Shown: positions 23,771 through 33,756, counted from the first letter of the stretch. The stretch is 64,000 bases of DNA from an uncultured Candidatus Saccharibacteria bacterium (GCA_964511435.1 CAZEFH010000003.1:1283-65282); one strand, 5' to 3'. The notes: generated by a model from the sequence alone, not told the origin. A program made the numbers and translations.

Positions 23771-25306
23771 ATGGATATAACCAAACAAATAATTCTTAAA
23801 CTTATCTCTGAAAAGGCGCAGACTCGGGCTGATTTTCGTCGTGTCGTGGCAAAGGTATATAGAGATAATAACACGTCCGGGTATCACGCGAATATCGCCC
23901 TTCGTGAAATTTATGATCAGATGGTAGAATGCGAAGAAATTGAGTCAAACGAGAGCCTAGAAAAAATTCTAACAACGAAGAAAATGCGTTCTCTCTCGGG
24001 GGTATCAGTTATTACTGTTCTGACGAAGCCATATCCTTGCCCAGGTAAATGTATCTATTGCCCTACGCTAGATGATGTGCCGAAAAGCTACCTTCCTGAC
24101 GAACCAGCGGTAATGCGGGCTATTCTAAATAAATATGACGGCGGCAAGCAGGTAGAGACACGTCTCAAGTCACTTGCGAAACAGGGACACCCAATTGATA
24201 AGATTGAATTAATCGTAATTGGTGGTACTTTTAGTCATCTTCCTAGGGACTATCAAGAAGAGTTTATCAAGGGCTGTTTCGATGCGCTGAATGGCTTCGT
24301 TTCTAAAAACCTAGCCGAGGCAAAAGCTGCTAATGAAACAGCGAAATCTCGTTGTGTCGGTCTGACCCTCGAGACGCGTCCGGACCACATTGCAGAGGAA
24401 GAAGTACAGTGGTTTCGTTACCTTGGTGCCACTAGAGTAGAGCTGGGTGTCCAGACAATTTATGACGAAATCTTAGCAAAGAATGGTCGGGGAGAAAAAG
24501 TTGCCGACACTATAAAGGCGACTAAATTACTTAAAAATGCTGGCTTTAAAATTTGCTACCACTTGATGCCAAATCTTTTTGGCTCTAATCTCAGGCTGGA
24601 CAAGAAAATGTTCCAGGAAATCTTTATAAATCCAGATTTCTGCCCTGACTACATCAAAATTTATCCCTGTATGGTGCTAAAAGATACACCCCTATATGAA
24701 CTGTGGCAGAAAGGTGAATACAAAAGTTATACAGACGATGAGCTAAAAGAGTTAATCAAATACGTCAAGGAAATAGTACCTCCTTGGGTGCGAATAATGC
24801 GGACGATTCGAGATATACCGGCTCCAAACATTGTTTCCGGTTCGATACTTTCAAATATGCGCCAGATTGTCCTTGCTGAGCTTGAGAATGAGGGTAAAAA
24901 GTGCGGATGTATTCGTTGCCGAGAAGTTGGAGTGAAAGATTCGGAAACAGATATAAATGTAAAATTATTTATAGATGAGTATGAAGCATCTTGCGGTACC
25001 GAATATTTTCTTAGTTTTGAAGGCGATAGTAGAGAAACGCTATATTCCCTCTTACGCTTGAGACTCGCTGATATTGCTATCATCCGCGAAGTCCATACCT
25101 ATGGTCAGCAAATTGAGGTAGGTGAAAAAGGGGATACACAGCATCGGGGATTCGGTCGAAAACTAATCGCTGAAGCAGAAAGTGTTGCGAAAGAAGCGGG
25201 GTTCTCAAAAATTGCCGTTATCTCAGGCGTCGGCGTCCGTAACTACTACCGCAAGTTTGGCTACGTGCTGGTGGGCGAATATATGGTGAAAAACCTCGAC
25301 AAATAA
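23771..25306 (+). CDS. ELP3-like protein: N-terminal radical SAM domain fused to a C-terminal GNAT acetyltransferase domain
   Basis: The start is revised to ATG 23771 (MDITKQIILKLI…). The radical-SAM cysteine triad is CPGKCIYCP. The C-terminal GNAT motif is HRGFGRKLIAEAESVAKEAGFSKIAVISGVGVRNYYRKFGY. This architecture is diagnostic of Elongator Elp3 homologues. Confidence 0.7.
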   Translation: MDITKQIILKLISEKAQTRADFRRVVAKVYRDNNTSGYHANIALREIYDQMVECEEIESNESLEKILTTKKMRSLSGVSVITVLTKPYPCPGKCIYCPTLDDVPKSYLPDEPAVMRAILNKYDGGKQVETRLKSLAKQGHPIDKIELIVIGGTFSHLPRDYQEEFIKGCFDALNGFVSKNLAEAKAANETAKSRCVGLTLETRPDHIAEEEVQWFRYLGATRVELGVQTIYDEILAKNGRGEKVADTIKATKLLKNAGFKICYHLMPNLFGSNLRLDKKMFQEIFINPDFCPDYIKIYPCMVLKDTPLYELWQKGEYKSYTDDELKELIKYVKEIVPPWVRIMRTIRDIPAPNIVSGSILSNMRQIVLAELENEGKKCGCIRCREVGVKDSETDINVKLFIDEYEASCGTEYFLSFEGDSRETLYSLLRLRLADIAIIREVHTYGQQIEVGEKGDTQHRGFGRKLIAEAESVAKEAGFSKIAVISGVGVRNYYRKFGYVLVGEYMVKNLDK

Positions 25307-25343
25307 GGGCTTTTGTTATACAATACGGGGTCCGAAACACCAG

Positions 25344-25748
25344 TTGTCGTCAATCCGAAGGAAGGTGCCGTCGGTGTACCCTGAACCGAAGATATACTCG
25401 AAAGAGGAACAGATTGTCTGGGGGCTTGTCTTTACGGCAGTCTGTCAGGTTTGTCAGACTCTCATCGAGAGTTTGATTGCATCCGGGAAGACTCCCGAGG
25501 AGGCATCACGCGCCGCGATTCGCTTCGTTTTGCCGATGCTTTCCAGTGCTGAGTTTGACACGGAGCAGGCGCTCATGGACGATGTGCGGAGTAAGCTTCG
25601 CTATCTCTGGCTCGCAACCGATCAAACAGACAAGCTCTTCTCCTCTGTTTTGGCCGAGGAGGGCTGGGTTGATCCGGCGAGTTTCTACTCAGTTGAGCTG
25701 ACCACTGAAGGTAAGTACCGCGTCCGGCCCTACAGTTTCGTAATGTGA
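25344..25748 (+). CDS. Hypothetical protein (GC-rich islet), 134 aa
   Basis: GC-rich ORF with an RBS-like ggaaggtg upstream. The ATGA start/stop overlap with the next gene implies translational coupling. Confidence 0.4.
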   Translation: MSSIRRKVPSVYPEPKIYSKEEQIVWGLVFTAVCQVCQTLIESLIASGKTPEEASRAAIRFVLPMLSSAEFDTEQALMDDVRSKLRYLWLATDQTDKLFSSVLAEEGWVDPASFYSVELTTEGKYRVRPYSFVM

Positions 25749-26173
25749 GGGAGGTGAACGGAATGGGAATCAAGTCCCGAACGGAGATTCTCGGCGCTTT
25801 CAATCTAGTGAAACAGGTTGAAGTCATGACACGAACGTTTCTCTACGCTCGTGACAGCAAGTCCTACAAGCGGGCAGTGTCACTCCTTGAAGTAGCCACC
25901 AGGGGAGAGCTCGTTGAGCTCATCACCTACGCCTACCTCAGGGGCGGCCACTTCGAGGACATGAATGCCGTCGAGAGACGGATTCGTGAACTTGCTGATC
26001 TGGCTACAGTCATCGTCGGAGATTCGCCGCAGGTGGAGCTGACAAGCTTCGTCCTGTCTTCGGCGAACCTCTACCTCGAGCCTGTACCTGTTGGCGACGT
26101 CACGACGCTTGAGCTGGTCAGGAGGGAAGACCTCGAGGAGTTCCTCGCCAGTGCCGGTGTCGGCACCTACTAG
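25745..26173 (+). CDS. Hypothetical protein (GC-rich islet), 142 aa
   Basis: GC-rich ORF (MREVNGMGIKSRTEILGAF…), followed by a large nested GC-rich hairpin (ggtccaccc…gggtggacc) at 26166-26216. Confidence 0.4.
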   Translation: MREVNGMGIKSRTEILGAFNLVKQVEVMTRTFLYARDSKSYKRAVSLLEVATRGELVELITYAYLRGGHFEDMNAVERRIRELADLATVIVGDSPQVELTSFVLSSANLYLEPVPVGDVTTLELVRREDLEEFLASAGVGTY

Positions 26174-26355
26174 GTCCACCCGGGTCGCGCGAACGCATAT
26201 GGTTCGCCCGATCAGGGTGGACCATTTGCGTTAAAAGCTCTCGACAGAAAGGCAAAAATCTGATATAATTTACTGGCTATTTTGAGTTATTCTTCGAGCA
26301 AAGCGAGAAGTTCTCACATGCGTTCGAACAATAACTTTTTATTTTGGAGAAACCT

Positions 26356-28176
26356 ATGAATATCCGTAACATTGCTATCATCGCGCACGTTGACCATGGG
26401 AAAACTACCCTCGTCGATGGCTTTCTGAAACAGACCAAGGTCTTTCGTGAGAACGAGGCCGCCTTTTCGGCTTCACTGATTATGGACTCAGGGGATCAGG
26501 AGCATGAACGTGGCATCACTATTACCGCCAAGAATACCGCGGTAATGTGGAACGACGTGAAGATTAATATCGTCGATACCCCAGGTCATGCCGATTTTGG
26601 TGGCGAGGTAGAACGTACGCTAAATATGGCTGACGGTGCCATTCTCGTCGTCGATGCCCAAGAGGGACCGATGCCACAGACCAAATTCGTCCTACGTAAG
26701 GCGCTAGAACTCGGTCTAAAGATGATTGTCGTCATTAATAAGATTGATAAGCGTGACGCTCGCATCGGCTATGTTATAGACAAGATTCACGACCTATTCC
26801 TAGATCTTGCTACTGACATGGACCAGCTAGAGTTCCCGATTTACTATGCCATTGCCAAGGAAGGTAAATCTTGGGATGAGATGCCACATGACTTTAGCGA
26901 AAAGGCTGACCTCTCACCGATTTTTGAGGCAATTGTGAAGTATGTTCCAGCTCCGGAAACTGACAAAAACAAACCTTTTCAAATGCTAGTTACTACTCTT
27001 GAGCGCGATAGCTATCAGGGTAAGTATGCCATTGGACGTATCAGCCATGGTTTTGCTAAACCTGGTATGACTCTCACGCTGATTAACCGTGAAGGAAATC
27101 AGGAAAGTGCGAGAATTGAAAAAGTATTTGTTTCACAGGGACTCAAGAAAGTGGAAGTTAGTACCGCTGAACCAGGTGACATCGTCGCGCTGACCGGTAT
27201 AAAGAATGCTTCTATTGGCGACACACTAGCCGATCCGGCTGCACCAGAAGCACTCCCAACTATTGAAATCGAAGAACCAACCCTCAAGATGAGCATTGCT
27301 GTAAATACCTCGCCTTTTGCTGGCAAGGAAGGCAAGTTTGTTACTAGCCGTCAAATACTGGACCGCATCAACCGTGAACTTGAGACTAACGTTTCACTCA
27401 AGATGGAGCAGGGAAATGATGCTGACTTTATCCTTTCTGGTCGTGGCGAACTCCATCTCTCAGTATTTATCGAAACCCTTCGTCGTGAAGGCTTCGAACT
27501 TCAGGTGGGGAAACCCCAGGTAATTATCAAGGAAGTTGACGGCGTAAAGATGGAGCCGCTTGAAGAGCTTACGGTTGACGTTGCGACAGAGTATGTTGGT
27601 GGCGTTACTGGTGAAGTTGGTCGTCGCAAGGGTAATCTGATTCAGCAGATTGAAAATTCAGACGGCACAACTCGCCTAATTTTCGAAATTTCTACTCGTG
27701 GGACTCTAGGACTTAGGAATCAGCTGCTGACTCTCTCTCGTGGGACTGCCGTAATGAACTCGCTATTCCTTCGCTTTGAGCCATATACAGGGGCAATTCC
27801 ACGACTTCGTAATGGAGTGCTAATCGCATCTGACGCTGGTAAGGCCGTGACTTATGGATTAAATATCGCCCAGGGTAGAGGGGTGGTCTTTGTCGCTCCT
27901 CAGACTCAGGTATATGCTGGGATGATCGTTGGTCTCAACTCGCGTGATGAGGATATAGATATCAATGTCTGTAAAGAGAAGAAGCTAACAAATACTCGTG
28001 CTTCTGGATCTGACGATACTCTTCAGCTTACTCCTCCGACGATATTTAGTCTTGAGCAGTCACTTGACTTTTTGGAAGACGACGAGTTGCTCGAAGTAAC
28101 ACCAGTGAGCTTGCGTCTAAGAAAGAAGTATCTCGATCCGAACATTCGCAATCGGATGCGTAAACAAACCAAATAA
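26356..28176 (+). CDS. typA: Translational GTPase TypA/BipA
   Basis: [21 protein letters not shown] (G1), [12 protein letters not shown] (G3) and NKIDK (G4). About 606 aa with EF-G-like domains. The start is placed at ATG 26356, which has a GGAGA RBS; the track's TTG at 26344 is less likely. Confidence 0.85.
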   Translation: MNIRNIAIIAHVDHGKTTLVDGFLKQTKVFRENEAAFSASLIMDSGDQEHERGITITAKNTAVMWNDVKINIVDTPGHADFGGEVERTLNMADGAILVVDAQEGPMPQTKFVLRKALELGLKMIVVINKIDKRDARIGYVIDKIHDLFLDLATDMDQLEFPIYYAIAKEGKSWDEMPHDFSEKADLSPIFEAIVKYVPAPETDKNKPFQMLVTTLERDSYQGKYAIGRISHGFAKPGMTLTLINREGNQESARIEKVFVSQGLKKVEVSTAEPGDIVALTGIKNASIGDTLADPAAPEALPTIEIEEPTLKMSIAVNTSPFAGKEGKFVTSRQILDRINRELETNVSLKMEQGNDADFILSGRGELHLSVFIETLRREGFELQVGKPQVIIKEVDGVKMEPLEELTVDVATEYVGGVTGEVGRRKGNLIQQIENSDGTTRLIFEISTRGTLGLRNQLLTLSRGTAVMNSLFLRFEPYTGAIPRLRNGVLIASDAGKAVTYGLNIAQGRGVVFVAPQTQVYAGMIVGLNSRDEDIDINVCKEKKLTNTRASGSDDTLQLTPPTIFSLEQSLDFLEDDELLEVTPVSLRLRKKYLDPNIRNRMRKQTK

Positions 28177-28182
28177 TTCTAA

Positions 28183-28207
28183 AATCCGGCATGCGCCGGA
28201 TTTTTTA
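28183..28207 (+). terminator. Rho-independent terminator of typA
   Basis: aatccggc-atgc-gccggatt followed by ttttt. Confidence 0.75.
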
Positions 28208-28292
28208 TTGCCAAAACAGTGGTTTCGCGATACAATGACCGGGCCAAGAGGAATATGTGTGGCGATAGCCACCCGTCTGAAGGAGTACTAAG

Positions 28293-28571
28293 ATGCCAGT
28301 TTCGGTGATAGCCCCAGACGGTACGAGTGTCTGGCAGATGAACCTCGCGTACGTTGCCATCGACCCCGACAAGAACGAGGCAGCCATCAGACTGCTAAAC
28401 CAGCAGTACGTCGAAATCAACCCCGACAAACAGGTGGAGCTCGTCTGGGTCGATAGCGAGATTCAGATCTGGCCCTATCCGGAGGGAGCAAGTAAACAGC
28501 TCCCGATGGTGACCGACCGGGTCTTGATCGACGGCGACGGTACCTGGGGAATCTATCCCGAGAGAATCTAG
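28293..28571 (+). CDS. Hypothetical small protein (GC-rich islet), 92 aa
   Basis: GC-rich ORF MPVSVIAPDGTSVWQMNLAYVAIDPDKNEAAIRLL… with an RBS aaggag upstream. Confidence 0.4.
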   Translation: MPVSVIAPDGTSVWQMNLAYVAIDPDKNEAAIRLLNQQYVEINPDKQVELVWVDSEIQIWPYPEGASKQLPMVTDRVLIDGDGTWGIYPERI

Positions 28572-28583
28572 GAGGTGGCAGGT

Positions 28584-28874
28584 ATGGTCAAGTTCTGCAA
28601 GAACGAGGGTAGCGGTGTTCGTGGCCGAGTGGTCACCATCCTTAGGGATGAGGGTATGATGCGGGTTCTGACAGAGGGAGACACCATCTCTCTCCAGTTC
28701 TCGAAGTGCCTCATACCGGTCGAATTCCATGACGGCATCGTCTGCTACGATGAGCCTGGCTGCTCAGATGGCGTGGAGCCGAACTCTCCTGTCATGGTTT
28801 TCCCTGATGGTCACTGGGTGACTCAGGAAGCTCTTGACCACGCTCCGAAAGTCGACACCCGCGTCGACACTTAG
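28584..28874 (+). CDS. Hypothetical small protein (GC-rich islet), 96 aa
   Basis: ATG 28584 is preceded by a ggagg RBS. The product is MVKFCKNEGSGVRGRVVTILRDEG… It is followed by a GC-rich terminator hairpin. Confidence 0.4.
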   Translation: MVKFCKNEGSGVRGRVVTILRDEGMMRVLTEGDTISLQFSKCLIPVEFHDGIVCYDEPGCSDGVEPNSPVMVFPDGHWVTQEALDHAPKVDTRVDT

Positions 28875-28930
28875 GCCGACCCCGGAGAGAGCGGAAGGAT
28901 CCGCCCCTCGGGGTCGGCCTTCTGCTTTTC
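28873..28930 (+). terminator. GC-rich rho-independent terminator
   Basis: aggccgaccccg…cggggtcggcct is an 11-bp stem, followed by tctgcttttc. Confidence 0.6.
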
Positions 28931-28962
28931 AAGAACGAAGTTTGGAGTATAATTATCTAGTT

Positions 28963-29976
28963 ATGAAACGATTTGTGATTTCTATAGTTATAGCGGCTCT
29001 GTTTGTATATTTCTTGTCAAAGAATTTTGACATTGTTACCGGAACATTTTCGGTAATTTCACATGTGTCACCGCTATTTTTGGTAACAGCGGTGCTAATT
29101 TCTGTAGTGTCATATTATCTTATCAGTCGAGCGAGTCGTTCCGTATTTGCAATAATGGGAATGGATAAATCACTCACAGAAATGTTCAAGCTTCAGTTCG
29201 CTTCATCAGCAATTAATATAATCGTACCGACTGGTGGTGCCTCAATAATGTATCTCTACTCTGAAGAAGCCAAGAAGCATGATGAGCCTGTTGCGGCGGC
29301 GGCTGCGGCTTATATGGTCTGGATTCTGGCGACTTATACTTCTCTTTCAATCCTCCTTGCGATTGCTATGACATATCTTTTGTTGACAGGACACCTTACT
29401 GCATTTATTTACATTCCAGCGGCGATTCTCTTCTTTGCACTAATCATAATTCTTCTAGGAATGAGGCTTTCGTCTAAACAGACTACACTCCTTCGAAAAA
29501 TATTTGCTTTTATTATTCGACTCATAAATCGCATCCTTAGTTTGTTCCACAAGATAACACTACGGGAAGAGTTAGCTGATGAGCTTATTCTGGAGGTTCA
29601 GGATGCGCGCGGTAAAATTCGCTCAAATCCGCGGGCTTTCTGGACGGCGATACTAGAAATACTTGGATCTCATCTTTTCTACCTTATCGCAGCGGAAGTA
29701 ATATTTCTTTCCTTCGGCTTTCATCCGCTTTATCGAGTACTTCTTGCTGGTTATGCGGCCGGAGCCCTATTCACAATTGTGTCTCCAACACCGAATGGAA
29801 TTGGTTTTGCCGAGGTAGGGATGGCAGCCGTTTACACAACCCTCGGAGTAGATGTTCACTTAGCTGGTGTAGTGGCAGTTATCTCTAGAATGCTGACTTT
29901 CTGGATTCCGATGCTGATTGGGTTCCTAGTCCTTCAACGAGATAACATCAAAAAGCTTTCTCTAAAGACAAAATAG
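28963..29976 (+). CDS. Polytopic membrane protein, flippase-like / LPG-synthase-TM-like (UPF0104) family
   Basis: The start is revised to ATG 28963 (MKRFVISIVIAALFVYFL…). It has about eight TM helices. The C-terminal motif …VSPTPNGIGFAEVGMAAVYTTLGV… is typical of this family. The track's longer ORF begins inside the upstream terminator. Confidence 0.5.
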   Translation: MKRFVISIVIAALFVYFLSKNFDIVTGTFSVISHVSPLFLVTAVLISVVSYYLISRASRSVFAIMGMDKSLTEMFKLQFASSAINIIVPTGGASIMYLYSEEAKKHDEPVAAAAAAYMVWILATYTSLSILLAIAMTYLLLTGHLTAFIYIPAAILFFALIIILLGMRLSSKQTTLLRKIFAFIIRLINRILSLFHKITLREELADELILEVQDARGKIRSNPRAFWTAILEILGSHLFYLIAAEVIFLSFGFHPLYRVLLAGYAAGALFTIVSPTPNGIGFAEVGMAAVYTTLGVDVHLAGVVAVISRMLTFWIPMLIGFLVLQRDNIKKLSLKTK

Positions 29977-30019
29977 ACCTTGAAAGGTGTATAATATAAC
30001 TATAAATAAGGGGGTAAGT

Positions 30020-30544
30020 ATGGCAACAGAAACACATCCTATCATTAAAGATCTCATGACTCATGTACTGCAAGTGCTCTATATGCTCTTTCTGGGCATT
30101 GTAATTGCGGCATTTGTTGGCCTAGGAGTAGACACTTTCTACACCTCGCCAAAGGCACCTGAGTATCCTCAAATTCTTCAGGACCAGCAATACAAGTCGG
30201 TTCCTACGGACCAAACTGCTGAAGAGAAGGCGGCTCAAAAGACTTATGATGAATCTCAGAAAAAATATTCTGAAGAGATGAAAGTCCATAGTCGTAACGT
30301 CTCTATTGTCGTGATGATTTTCGCAGTTGTCGCACTGGCTCTCAGCTTGACCGTGCTAGTAAAATGGGAGATTATCGCAAACGGATTTCTACTGGGCGGA
30401 GTATTTACGATGGCTTACAGTATCATTCTCGGCATGACCACAGAGGACGTGAAGTTTCGCTTCCTCGTGATTTCGCTGGCGGCGCTAGTAACACTAGGTC
30501 TTGGATACGTGAAGTTTATCCATAAGCTGGAGAAAGCCCAATAG
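30020..30544 (+). CDS. Membrane protein of unknown function (4 TM)
   Basis: ATG 30020 has an RBS aagggggt upstream. The product begins MATETHPIIKDL… and has hydrophobic helices. Confidence 0.45.
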   Translation: MATETHPIIKDLMTHVLQVLYMLFLGIVIAAFVGLGVDTFYTSPKAPEYPQILQDQQYKSVPTDQTAEEKAAQKTYDESQKKYSEEMKVHSRNVSIVVMIFAVVALALSLTVLVKWEIIANGFLLGGVFTMAYSIILGMTTEDVKFRFLVISLAALVTLGLGYVKFIHKLEKAQ

Positions 30545-30701
30545 TTATTGACGTCGAGCTTACTCTGAATAGATTTGGTTTCGGCAAAATTGCGGAGAAT
30601 AAGTTTCAGCTGGGGCCACTGCGATTTTCGAAGTGGAATATTGCTGGAAAACATTCGATTTCGTTTGAAGTGAACTGGATTAACAAAGAGAAATTCAAGA
30701 A

Positions 30702-31355
30702 ATGAAATTTTTATTAACATCAGCGGGTATAACTAATAAGAGTATTGAAACTGCCTTCTTTGATCTGCTCGGGAAGGAAGCCGCGGAAACAAAGGTGGTT
30801 TTTATACCGACAGCTGCGAACGTGGAGACCGGAGATAAACACTGGCTAATAAAGGACTTGGCAGATCAGGAAAGTCGTGGCTTTGCTGAGTTTGATGTAG
30901 TGGATATAGCAGCCGTCCCTAGAGACATATGGGAGCCACGTCTACGAGAGGCAAATGTTCTCGTTTTTGGTGGCGGTAATACATTTTATCTCATTAACTG
31001 GATAATAAAGTCTGGTTTGGGAGATATCTTGCCACAGATATTGGAAGACAAGTTGTGGGTAGGAATAAGCGCTGGTAGTATGGTCACTGGCTTAAGTCTA
31101 GCAACTACGAGTGATCGTATTTTTGCGGAAAACAAGGGAGAATTTACTAGTAATGACGGTTTAAAGTTTGTACCCTTTAGCCTGAAGCCTCACTACCTTT
31201 CTGATTCTTTTCCAGGAAATAATGATGAAAACTTGCTTGTTACCGCAGCTGAGCTTGGAACAAAGCTGTATGCGATTGATGATGATACAGCTATCAAGGT
31301 TGATGGGGAAAATATTGAAGTTGTTTCCGAAGGTAAGTGGAGGGAGTTTAACTAG
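30702..31355 (+). CDS. Peptidase S51 family protein (dipeptidase E / cyanophycinase-like)
   Basis: VVFIPTAANVE…VLVFGGGNTFYL…GISAGSMV carry the S51 Ser-His-Glu triad context. 217 aa. Confidence 0.6.
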   Translation: MKFLLTSAGITNKSIETAFFDLLGKEAAETKVVFIPTAANVETGDKHWLIKDLADQESRGFAEFDVVDIAAVPRDIWEPRLREANVLVFGGGNTFYLINWIIKSGLGDILPQILEDKLWVGISAGSMVTGLSLATTSDRIFAENKGEFTSNDGLKFVPFSLKPHYLSDSFPGNNDENLLVTAAELGTKLYAIDDDTAIKVDGENIEVVSEGKWREFN

Positions 31356-31895
31356 ATGAAAAAAGTTATATTCATCCATGGCTGGGAAAGTGGACCAAGC
31401 GAACACTGGTATCAGGACGAAAAAACAGTATTAGAGACGAGAGGCTACGAGGTTTATATTCCTGAAATGCCTGGCGGCTCTTTTGTCAAGGAAGGTGAAT
31501 GGGTAGAAACTCTCGTTAAACTAGAGCCAGATTCTGAAACTATCCTCATCGGTCACTCTTTGGGCGCACCGACCATTCTACGTTATTTGGAATTAGCCGA
31601 TGTCAAAGTTGATAAAGTTTTCTTAATTGCTGGATTTGCCAGCTCACTTCACCTAGACTATCCAAATGCAGAGTATCCAGATGCCTTTGTAAATCATTCG
31701 TTTGACTGGGAAAAGATTCGACAAGGGGCGGGTGAATTTATTGTTCTGAATCAAGACCATGACCCATGGGTACCATTCGAAAAAGGCGAAGAACTGGCTG
31801 AAAATTTGCACGGTAAACTAGTGAAAGTGGCCGGCGATAATCACTTTGATAAGATGGATTTAGATTTGATAAATAGAGAGATACAATGTCGTTAA
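31356..31895 (+). CDS. Alpha/beta-hydrolase-fold serine hydrolase (YdeN/RBBP9-like)
   Basis: VIFIHGWESGPSEHWY…LIGHSLGAPTIL contains the GxSxG nucleophile motif. 179 aa. Confidence 0.55.
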   Translation: MKKVIFIHGWESGPSEHWYQDEKTVLETRGYEVYIPEMPGGSFVKEGEWVETLVKLEPDSETILIGHSLGAPTILRYLELADVKVDKVFLIAGFASSLHLDYPNAEYPDAFVNHSFDWEKIRQGAGEFIVLNQDHDPWVPFEKGEELAENLHGKLVKVAGDNHFDKMDLDLINREIQCR

Positions 31896-32434
31896 TAGAT
31901 GTACTAAATGAAGACGGGACGAAAACTGGCAAGGAATTATCAAAAGACGAAATACATAAAGGTGGTTTCTGGCACCGTGCCGCTCATTGTTGGATATATA
32001 ATTCAAAAGGAGAAATGCTATTTCAGCTAAGGGCAAAGGATAAGGATAGTTACCCTGGTCTCTTAGATATCTCTGCGGCTGGTCATGTAGATGCAGGCGA
32101 AAGCCCCGAAGACTCAATGATTCGTGAAATAAAAGAAGAAATCGGATTGGACGTAAATATTAACGAGTTAATAACACTGGGAGAGAGAAGGGTTTCGAAA
32201 TATATCCCTGAAATACAATGGCAGAATAATGAGATTAATTCGGTATTTCTGTATAAATATGACGGTGATATAAGTAAATTGGAATTCCCAGACAGAGAAG
32301 TTGAGAGCCTAGAATGGGTTTCAATCAATCAACTAAAGTCAGATCTTTTGGATACTGAAGAGGCAAAAAGATATGTTGATCACGGTGATTATTACAAATT
32401 TGTTATTCATGAAGTTGAACAAAGACTTAAATAG
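31886..32434 (+). CDS. NUDIX hydrolase
   Basis: AGHVDAGESPEDSMIREIKEEIGLDV is a NUDIX box. 182 aa. Confidence 0.65.
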   Translation: MSLIDVLNEDGTKTGKELSKDEIHKGGFWHRAAHCWIYNSKGEMLFQLRAKDKDSYPGLLDISAAGHVDAGESPEDSMIREIKEEIGLDVNINELITLGERRVSKYIPEIQWQNNEINSVFLYKYDGDISKLEFPDREVESLEWVSINQLKSDLLDTEEAKRYVDHGDYYKFVIHEVEQRLK

Positions 32435-32443
32435 AGCAATAAG

Positions 32444-33055
32444 ATGAATAAAAAAGTTATCCTTACCTCTCACTATTCGCAGTCGATAGATTGGGTGGTT
32501 AATTATTTAAAGAATAATAATGTAAAAAAGATTGTGTGTATTTTGGATGCTAAAACCCCAAGATACAAAGAAAACCCGGGATATAACCTTAAGGCTTATT
32601 CAGCATTAAGGGATTACAAAGAATTTGAGGTTGTTGGGGTTTTTCTAGAGGAGCTTGGAGATGTTAAAAAATCTTTAAGTGGTTACGACGCAATTTTTGT
32701 AATTGGGGGCAACTCATTTTATCTATTGAATGCAATTCGTGAAAGTGGCGCGGATGAGGTAATCCGTGAAATGGTTAATAGCGGCACAATATATATTGGA
32801 GAAAGTGCTGGTAGCTATGTAGCCTGTCCGACTATTGAGATGGCTCATTGGAAGCATCAAGACGCAGATATCGTAGGGCTGAATAATCTCGGGGCATTAA
32901 ATTTGGTACCATATTTAGTAACAGTTCATTTCAAGAACGAGTTCAAAGAAGTGATAGATGCTGCCATTAAAAAGACTTGCTATGACGTAAAAATTCTTAC
33001 TGATTATCAGTTAATTTTACGTGAGGGCAACAAGGATACTTTGATTAATCTATGA
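32444..33055 (+). CDS. Peptidase S51 family protein (second paralogue)
   Basis: IFVIGGNSFYLL…IGESAGSYVA. 203 aa. Paralogous to 30702..31355. Confidence 0.55.
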   Translation: MNKKVILTSHYSQSIDWVVNYLKNNNVKKIVCILDAKTPRYKENPGYNLKAYSALRDYKEFEVVGVFLEELGDVKKSLSGYDAIFVIGGNSFYLLNAIRESGADEVIREMVNSGTIYIGESAGSYVACPTIEMAHWKHQDADIVGLNNLGALNLVPYLVTVHFKNEFKEVIDAAIKKTCYDVKILTDYQLILREGNKDTLINL

Positions 33056-33756
33056 CTTACACCGAACTAATGCAAAAGCTGGAGTTCCTGGCTAGTCATG
33101 ATCCAAAAGACTTGGCGGGTATGGCTCGGTTCGGCATCAATGTCGATAAGGCGTGGGTGATTAGTATTCCAAAACTGCGTAAATATGCTAAAGAAATTCG
33201 AAAATCCTTTTCTGACAAAAATAAACTACATCAGCTTGCTTTGCAGGTTTGGGATAGTGGAATCCACGAAGCCAGGATATTGGCTGGACTTTTTGACGAA
33301 CCCACCCATGTTACTGAGGATCAGATGGAGAAGTGGGTGCACGATTTCGACTCCTGGGATGTGACTGACATGGTTTGCGGCAATCTCTTTGATCGTACAG
33401 AATTTGCAGAGCAAAAGGCGATTGAGTGGTCGGAGCGCGAAGAGGAATTTGTAAAAAGAGCTGGTTTTGTGCTTATGGCAGGGCTCGCCGTACACAATAA
33501 AACCATGGATGACAAAGTCTTTGAAAACTTTCTTTTTATAATTGAGCGTGAGTCTACAGATGAGCGCAACTTTGTTCGTAAGGCAGTGAACTGGGCTCTT
33601 CGCACTATCGGCAAAGCGAGGAATAAGTATCTTTACGAAAAATCACTAGTACTTTCACGGAAATTGTACAAAAGTAAAGATAAGACTGCCCGTTGGGTTG
33701 GCTCAGACGCTACTAGAGAGCTAGAGAAGGACTACATCAAGAACTGCTTTATGTAG
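33052..33756 (+). CDS. DNA alkylation repair protein (AlkD/AlkC-like HEAT-repeat glycosylase family)
   Basis: 234 aa. …VHDFDSWDVTDMVCGNLFDRTEF…NFVRKAVNWALRTIGK… matches the 'DNA alkylation repair enzyme' family signature. Confidence 0.55.
   Translation: MTYTELMQKLEFLASHDPKDLAGMARFGINVDKAWVISIPKLRKYAKEIRKSFSDKNKLHQLALQVWDSGIHEARILAGLFDEPTHVTEDQMEKWVHDFDSWDVTDMVCGNLFDRTEFAEQKAIEWSEREEEFVKRAGFVLMAGLAVHNKTMDDKVFENFLFIIERESTDERNFVRKAVNWALRTIGKARNKYLYEKSLVLSRKLYKSKDKTARWVGSDATRELEKDYIKNCFM

Noticed and set aside
25880-26179. 99-aa minus-strand ORF overlapping the second gene of the GC-rich pair
   Set aside because: Antisense to the better-supported + ORF, which is ATGA-coupled to its upstream partner.
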